Source of the DNA: a virus | Direction: 5' to 3' (one strand) | DNA length: 64,000 nucleotides | IMG/VR virus record: IMGVR_UViG_3300042301_004349 | Coordinates: 64,001 to 128,000 of that record | Part shown: positions 58,854 through 64,000 of the stretch, piece after piece | How positions within the stretch are numbered: the stretch's first letter is position 1 | How the letters are laid out: every line of letters starts with the position of its first letter | The notes under the pieces: model-generated | What the model was told of the DNA's origin: nothing | The model's input: only the letters and a program-made list of their open reading frames with translations | Database searches by the model: none | Translations under genes and position numbers: made by a program

Positions 58854-60431
58854 CTAACCCAACAACCATCGTGTATCTTCTACATTTCCACGACCATCAT
58901 CTATTTTGTATGGGTTGCCACCAGATATCCACTGCCCACCCCCATACATTTGATCTCCAGTTTTTCTAAAGTTTAATAAACTAGAAACCGCTAAATCACG
59001 ACCTATTTGCGCAAATCTGGATGCTGTGTCTCTAATAAACAGACCCATTGATAATGATAATACTAAATCATCATTGTACCCATTTTGTGCTTGTCCCTTA
59101 CCGTGCATCCATATAAACACTCTTAATTCTTCAAGTAAGCGTTTCGAATGAAAGGTAAATGATTTGTCTCGAAGGTACGACTCCATTTTTGAGATAACAA
59201 GTGGTCTTGTCTTTGCTGATGTAGTAAATCCAGGAACTGTTTGCCCTGAGTCTAATTTTGATAGATATTTGTCAGCACTTAATTCACCATATGAACGAGG
59301 TGAATAGTATAAATTAGCGTATTCACGGTCTATAATAGTATTTACAACATCCCAACCAATATTAGCATTTTCCACCACTAAAAGCGCATTATTATATTCA
59401 GTAGCAACTGATACTAACATGTTTCCATATTCACGTGTGCCTATTTGAGATTTAAATTCAGCCACTTGTTGACATGCTTCAAGATCAATAACTTGGAATG
59501 CAGAATAGTCACTTCCATCACCTCGGGCCACGTCAGCCGATACAATATAATTTTTATTATAATCCGGGTATTGCCATATCCAAAAATCACCACCCATGAA
59601 TCGACGTTCAACAGGGTCCATTATAAACCCATCATAATATTCTAATGTTTCTGGGTCAATTACTGTTGCTCCAGATCCTAAAAAGTCACAATCATATTCC
59701 TGCGCGAAATCTCTTGCAGTCATATTTTCTTTTTCATTCTTAACCCAAGCAGCATCTCTATCAGGGTGAACATCCCATTTTAGTTGGATAGGAACAAAAC
59801 TATTTTTACTTAATTCTGCTTCAACCCAAGTTTTATGGAACCAGTTACCTACACCGTTTGGTGAAGATAATGCTACGCAACCACCCCCTGTTGAAATGGT
59901 AGGTTTAATCGCGGTATAAATTTTATCAATACCTTCAATAAAGGCGGCCTCATCCATAATCAACCAAGATACAGCAAATGAACGACCAGCATCACTAGAG
60001 GCTGATGTTGCTTTAATAAATGATCCGTTTGATAATTTTAATGAGGTTTGGTTTGATGCTACTGGTTTAGAACCTTTTAACCATGATGGTAAGTTATTAT
60101 ACATGAATTGAACTTTCTCAACCATGTTTTGTGCAGTAAGTTGCTTAGTAGCAATACACAATATTGCTTTGTCTTTATGGAATAACATTAACCACAAAGC
60201 ATAACCAGCACATAATGTAGAAATACCTAACTGACGAGACTTATTAATAATATTGTAATCGTTTGCTCGAAATGATTTTAATACATCTTCCTGGAAAGGG
60301 TATAGATGGAATAAAATTCTGCCTTTAATTGGGTGGGTAATGAAACAATATTTTCTAAAGAAATGGACAGGATCAGAAGCACATTTAATGTATTCCTGTT
60401 TAATTATATCTTTTATATTTTGATCACTCAT
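58854..60431 (-). CDS. terL: terminase large subunit (T4 gp17-like)
   Basis: KSRQLGIST Walker A, LIMDEAAF Walker B, SSPNG, QEYDC, ADVARGDGSDYS, DDLV nuclease motifs. Confidence 0.95.
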   Translation of the reverse strand: MSDQNIKDIIKQEYIKCASDPVHFFRKYCFITHPIKGRILFHLYPFQEDVLKSFRANDYNIINKSRQLGISTLCAGYALWLMLFHKDKAILCIATKQLTAQNMVEKVQFMYNNLPSWLKGSKPVASNQTSLKLSNGSFIKATSASSDAGRSFAVSWLIMDEAAFIEGIDKIYTAIKPTISTGGGCVALSSPNGVGNWFHKTWVEAELSKNSFVPIQLKWDVHPDRDAAWVKNEKENMTARDFAQEYDCDFLGSGATVIDPETLEYYDGFIMDPVERRFMGGDFWIWQYPDYNKNYIVSADVARGDGSDYSAFQVIDLEACQQVAEFKSQIGTREYGNMLVSVATEYNNALLVVENANIGWDVVNTIIDREYANLYYSPRSYGELSADKYLSKLDSGQTVPGFTTSAKTRPLVISKMESYLRDKSFTFHSKRLLEELRVFIWMHGKGQAQNGYNDDLVLSLSMGLFIRDTASRFAQIGRDLAVSSLLNFRKTGDQMYGGGQWISGGNPYKIDDGRGNVEDTRWLLG

Positions 60432-60457
60432 ATATTAATTGTTGTATATAAATATAT

Positions 60458-60485
60458 AAAAGAAACCCCAACTTACGTTGGGGTC
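60458..60485 (-). terminator. intrinsic terminator
   Basis: GACCCCAAC-GTAA-GTTGGGGTT then TCTTTT. Confidence 0.85.
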
Positions 60486-60527
60486 GGTCCTACAAGACTA
60501 TTGTAGGAGGGGAGCTTTTATAAATAA

Positions 60528-61223
60528 TTATTTTACTAACATTAAGTAACCTAAACCTCCGATTACTATATAACTTCCTATACGTTGGAATTTAGATTTT
60601 ACTTTTAATTTCTTTAATTGTAAATCTATTTGATTGTATTGATCTTCCCAACCTGCAATTTCTTTATCTTTATTGATTAAGATTGTTTTATACTTATTTT
60701 CTTTATTTTCAAAACCAGTAATAATATTATCTTTAATAACTACTTTTGCTTCTAATGTAGAAATAGTACTATCTTTCAATATAATAATTTCTTTAGTTCC
60801 ATCTAATTCTACTAAATCTTTAGCAGCAGCAACTAATACTGGTTGGGCTACTGGTAGTGGGTTAGTAATTGTGTCTTTAGGATAACGAGTGTTAAATGAA
60901 CTAACTAATTCGTGTTCTGTAAACGTATCAACTTTGTTTTTTTCTACCTCAATAGTTTCAACAATTTTAATTACTTTTGTCTTTTGGTGTTCTATATTAT
61001 ATGTTAATACTTCACTAACTTCATTTAACGAATCAATGACAGCATCATCTTTTTTAATTTCAGCAAATAATGAATCATTTACTTTATGTAAACTATCCAT
61101 TTCAACTAGAAATGCTTTGTGATCAGCATTGCTACTACACTTTTCGAACAATACACCACCTATTGCTATAATAGCTACTACTATAATAACTTTTGGTAAC
61201 CATTTTTTAACTAATAACATCAT
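60528..61223 (-). CDS. membrane coiled-coil protein, putative spanin-like lysis protein
   Basis: N-terminal hydrophobic helix followed by Cys, long coiled coil, C-terminal hydrophobic segment. Confidence 0.55.
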   Translation of the reverse strand: MMLLVKKWLPKVIIVVAIIAIGGVLFEKCSSNADHKAFLVEMDSLHKVNDSLFAEIKKDDAVIDSLNEVSEVLTYNIEHQKTKVIKIVETIEVEKNKVDTFTEHELVSSFNTRYPKDTITNPLPVAQPVLVAAAKDLVELDGTKEIIILKDSTISTLEAKVVIKDNIITGFENKENKYKTILINKDKEIAGWEDQYNQIDLQLKKLKVKSKFQRIGSYIVIGGLGYLMLVK

Positions 61224-61227
61224 ATCT

Positions 61228-62388
61228 TTATTTTTTTATTCCTGCGTAATATTGCATTCTGTGTTTAAATGCACTTTCATTTAAATTATCCATTTCATCT
61301 TCATCCTCAAGTGGATTTTCGATTGGTGGTGTTGGGATGTATTCTTTACCTGCTTTTTTAGCAATATCTTTTTGCAAATATTCTGATTTAGCAACTAAAG
61401 CATCAATTCTTTGTTCTAAGCTTGCTTTTAAGTCAGTTAAACCCTTAATTTCTCTAGCGGTACTACCTACGTCATTAATGTCGCCAGGTGTACTTCTATA
61501 TCTTTTAGTTTTTAATAGATTAGATTTAACACTTCTTAAACGATCAGATAATTTTGAATATTCCATCCAATCTTGATAATCTTCATCTGAAATAGTTGAT
61601 GCAGATTTTGATTTTGTTGCTGTTGCCATTTCAGGTTCTGGTTCTTCTCCTGATGCTTTTGCTGCTGCAAATGCTGCTTCTACTTCTTCATCTGACATAT
61701 CTTCTTGTCCTGATATTCCTAGTGATGTTAACTCACGTGGAGTGAACATATTGCCTAAGTCTCTTCTACCTCTTGGGTTATAAAATAATTCCTCATCCCC
61801 CGTTGCTGTTGCAGACGGAGCTGCAGCTGGTCTTGGATTTGTTAGACGAGGTGCTGCTTGTTCAGATGATGAAACAATAACACCAGCATCAACTAATTCC
61901 ATAAAATCTTTATTGATTGGGTTTTGTTTGTTGTAACCCATATCACCAGCTACGTTCATTTTTGATACTGCTGATCCTGCTGCTTGAAGAGCGGCTAATA
62001 TTTTAGCTTTTTTACCTGAGAATCCTGCAATTTGCTCATCAGTAACATCATCTGATAGTTGATAACGAACACCAACATTTGCCATTTCATCCAATTCTGT
62101 TGAAGACATACCTGGTTTAGATAGTTTATTAACTCTAATTTGAGCTGCTTGCATATTTTTATTAATAGCATTTATTTCAGCATCCTTTCCAGGTTTGTCT
62201 GCTGGGGCTACTTGTTGGGTACTTAATTCTTGTCTTTTCTTATTAAGTGCGGCCAATTGTGCTTTTTCAGCAGCCAATGCCATATCTTGTGCTTTTTTAT
62301 CCTCAGCAGCACCTTCTTCAATTACTTCAAGTAATGCTTCACGGATAATATCTTGCAGTTCAGATTTTTTCATAGTATCGTTATTCAT
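61228..62388 (-). CDS. candidate internal head protein
   Basis: Start moved to ATG 62388 (or 62373), downstream of the motif at 62401; MKKSELQDIIREAL.E N-terminus; LNESAFKHRMQYYAGI C-terminus. Confidence 0.75.
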   Translation of the reverse strand: MNNDTMKKSELQDIIREALLEVIEEGAAEDKKAQDMALAAEKAQLAALNKKRQELSTQQVAPADKPGKDAEINAINKNMQAAQIRVNKLSKPGMSSTELDEMANVGVRYQLSDDVTDEQIAGFSGKKAKILAALQAAGSAVSKMNVAGDMGYNKQNPINKDFMELVDAGVIVSSSEQAAPRLTNPRPAAAPSATATGDEELFYNPRGRRDLGNMFTPRELTSLGISGQEDMSDEEVEAAFAAAKASGEEPEPEMATATKSKSASTISDEDYQDWMEYSKLSDRLRSVKSNLLKTKRYRSTPGDINDVGSTAREIKGLTDLKASLEQRIDALVAKSEYLQKDIAKKAGKEYIPTPPIENPLEDEDEMDNLNESAFKHRMQYYAGIKK

Positions 62389-62407
62389 AATTTTATACGT
62401 ATAAATA

Positions 62408-62926
62408 TTAAAGATTTTGTAAAATTGTAGCGATACGTTCTTCTGTTGTACCTTCAACCTTAATTAATTTATTAGGTTTATATTCATCTAATGATAATTG
62501 TATAGCTACATCTATTTTTCTACGATATTCTAAATCAGTTTCACGAATACCATTATCTTCCATTTCAACGCCATTGGGAGATACATAAATAACCAAATCA
62601 TAATAACCACGAAGATGCATAGCTGCTTCAACAAATGAACGTTTTTCCCAACCACCAATAGTTTTTGATGATAAAGTAAACGAACACACATCCCATATTG
62701 TACGATCTGTAATAATCTTAGGTTGTAATAATTCACTAGCACGTTCTGCTAGAAATATAAATTGTCCTGGTAGTATAGAATCTGTATTCAAAGGAATACC
62801 TAATCCGCTAAGATATTTACTACGTTCAGTTTGAATAATATAGTCTTTAAATTGTTCTACCTCACCCAATGCTTTGGCTAATGTAGTTTTACCTACAGAC
62901 ATTGTTCCTGCTAATCCTATTCTCAT
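62408..62926 (-). CDS. P-loop NTPase / nucleotide kinase (NadR/AAA_28-like)
   Basis: GTMSVGKTT Walker A, IITDRT..D, YDLVIY, EDNGIR. Confidence 0.8.
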   Translation of the reverse strand: MRIGLAGTMSVGKTTLAKALGEVEQFKDYIIQTERSKYLSGLGIPLNTDSILPGQFIFLAERASELLQPKIITDRTIWDVCSFTLSSKTIGGWEKRSFVEAAMHLRGYYDLVIYVSPNGVEMEDNGIRETDLEYRRKIDVAIQLSLDEYKPNKLIKVEGTTEERIATILQNL

Positions 62927-63180
62927 TTTTTATTCCTTTCGTTTATTTTTTTCATCTGACGCGCTACTTTTTTCTGTTGCAGTGCTTCTTTAACCTGTTG
63001 TTTTATACGCTTCTCAGCACCTGGTTTATATTTGATATCTACCTCAATAGGTCCTTTATCAAATTTATCCAAATCATACTTCCATGTTTCGATAGTGTTA
63101 TCATCCTCGTAAACTCTGTTGAATTTACGAGGTTGATCTACTGGTTGTGTTTCTTTAGGTCTACCTCTTCTTTCTTCCAT
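62923..63180 (-). CDS. hypothetical protein
   Basis: 85-aa ORF with RRGRPK N-terminus; ATGA coupling to the next gene. Confidence 0.7.
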   Translation of the reverse strand: MEERRGRPKETQPVDQPRKFNRVYEDDNTIETWKYDLDKFDKGPIEVDIKYKPGAEKRIKQQVKEALQQKKVARQMKKINERNKK

Positions 63181-63206
63181 ACTTAAATATATGAATTGAA
63201 TCTTGC

Positions 63207-63437
63207 CTAAACTCTAGCACCTGCTGCTTTACCTGCTGCTGTTTTGTGGAATGGTTGACCGTTACCGTCTTTTTTTCGATCATCCCATTGTTCTTTAGTG
63301 AATTGGAAACCAAATAACCAATATTCAGCTAAACGCTTATTACCTTGTGGTATATAAGCGGGACCATCCCAGTTATGCATTTTTCCATCTAGATAGTATA
63401 CTATACTTCCATCTGCTGTTTTAATTCTTCTTGTCAT
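63207..63437 (-). CDS. hypothetical protein with an H-x-x-DGPA motif
   Basis: GKMHNWDGPA...EYWLFG. Confidence 0.7.
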   Translation of the reverse strand: MTRRIKTADGSIVYYLDGKMHNWDGPAYIPQGNKRLAEYWLFGFQFTKEQWDDRKKDGNGQPFHKTAAGKAAGARV

Positions 63438-63441
63438 TGTT

Positions 63442-64000
63442 TTATTTTAAAAGTGATTCTGCTACGTAAATACCATGTGCACCTGAAACTGTAATACCAC
63501 GAGCTGATAGAGCATCACCTACAAAGTGTACATTTGAATAATTTGTTAATGATAGATCATTGTAATTAACTAAAGGCTCAGGTGATAGATATTTTACCTC
63601 AGGCATGTAAATACCCCAATCATTTTTCAATTTTGGGAATACAATCTGCATATTAGTAATAAAATCTTCAATATATTGAGCATATTCTTCTCCTAATGCA
63701 TTAAATAAAACATCCATTGTATCTACCTGTACAGCAGATACTGTATTATTTTCTGATGTTAATCCTGGTTTGCGAGTTTTGTTTGGTGAATAGTAAGTAC
63801 CAGTTCCATCAATCTGTAGTTTTTGAACTACATCGCGTGACCAAGCAAATGGATCTTCAATACCTTTAATTTCCATTAATATACCAAAGTTAGTCATTTG
63901 ATTTTCAAATTCCTTACCTTTTTTAGCATGACCATTATAACTTACATCCCCATAAGTTTCTTCCACAGCGACGTAAGCAGCATTGTTGTTAGTACAAAAG
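63442..64000 (-). CDS. C-terminal part of an FAD-dependent oxidoreductase (COG2509-like); 5' end outside the window
   Basis: Frame open to the window edge (FCTNNNAAYVAVEETY...NGH); C-terminal FVGDALSARGITVSGAHG FAD-binding motif. Confidence 0.8.
   Translation of the reverse strand, partial: FCTNNNAAYVAVEETYGDVSYNGHAKKGKEFENQMTNFGILMEIKGIEDPFAWSRDVVQKLQIDGTGTYYSPNKTRKPGLTSENNTVSAVQVDTMDVLFNALGEEYAQYIEDFITNMQIVFPKLKNDWGIYMPEVKYLSPEPLVNYNDLSLTNYSNVHFVGDALSARGITVSGAHGIYVAESLLK

Noticed and set aside
49451-60431. Introns, inteins or homing endonucleases in capsid, portal or terminase
   Set aside because: ORFs are continuous, of expected length, and show no intein or endonuclease motifs.
49373-60527. 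tRNA genes in the larger intergenic gaps
   Set aside because: The hairpins do not form cloverleaves and lack T-loop/D-loop consensus.
1441-63186. Plus-strand ORFs in the track, including 10905..11402 and 51140..51739
   Set aside because: All are shadows of well-supported minus-strand genes, with low-complexity Ser/Leu/Phe-rich translations and no recognisable motifs.
1-64000. Stop-codon reassignment as found in some large Bacteroidota phages
   Set aside because: Core genes are intact in code 11, and TAG (10048, 52368, 58854) and TGA (46045, 62923) occur at plausible gene ends.

Overview
A 64 kb, AT-rich segment of a large T4-like myophage genome covering the virion morphogenesis module. Every credible gene is on the minus strand and reads cleanly in genetic code 11. 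In transcription order (right to left): a partial FAD-dependent oxidoreductase, a P-loop kinase, a putative spanin-like protein, large terminase, portal, several candidate internal head proteins, prohead protease, scaffold, major capsid protein, PhoH and neck/tail-completion proteins. Next comes a ~28 kb fibre region with five giant collagen-like (Gly-X-Gln/Lys) fibre genes, four of them ending in S74 chaperone domains. Embedded among them is a four-gene cassette of three 2OG-Fe(II) oxygenases and a two-domain glycosyltransferase. The module ends with tail sheath, tube, a gp26-like chaperone, tape measure and baseplate genes, one carrying an amidase domain. A-rich initiation regions without Shine-Dalgarno motifs suggest a Bacteroidota host (inference). 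Main hunt results: (1) a candidate collagen/virion hydroxylation-glycosylation system; (2) an unannotated start-less ORF joined to the gp26-like gene by a probable +1 frameshift at a U7 run, just upstream of the tape measure gene; (3) a 22-copy intergenic motif ATATTTAT on the coding strand, overlapping the reverse complement of the T4 late promoter and often fused to terminators; (4) shared capsid-targeting-like peptide motifs across head-region proteins; (5) near-identical DNA blocks shared between distant fibre genes; (6) structured leaders and paired hairpins, plus a missed 42-aa basic ORF. No tRNA, CRISPR array, integrase or reverse transcriptase was seen. All family assignments come from motif recognition by eye, not database searches.
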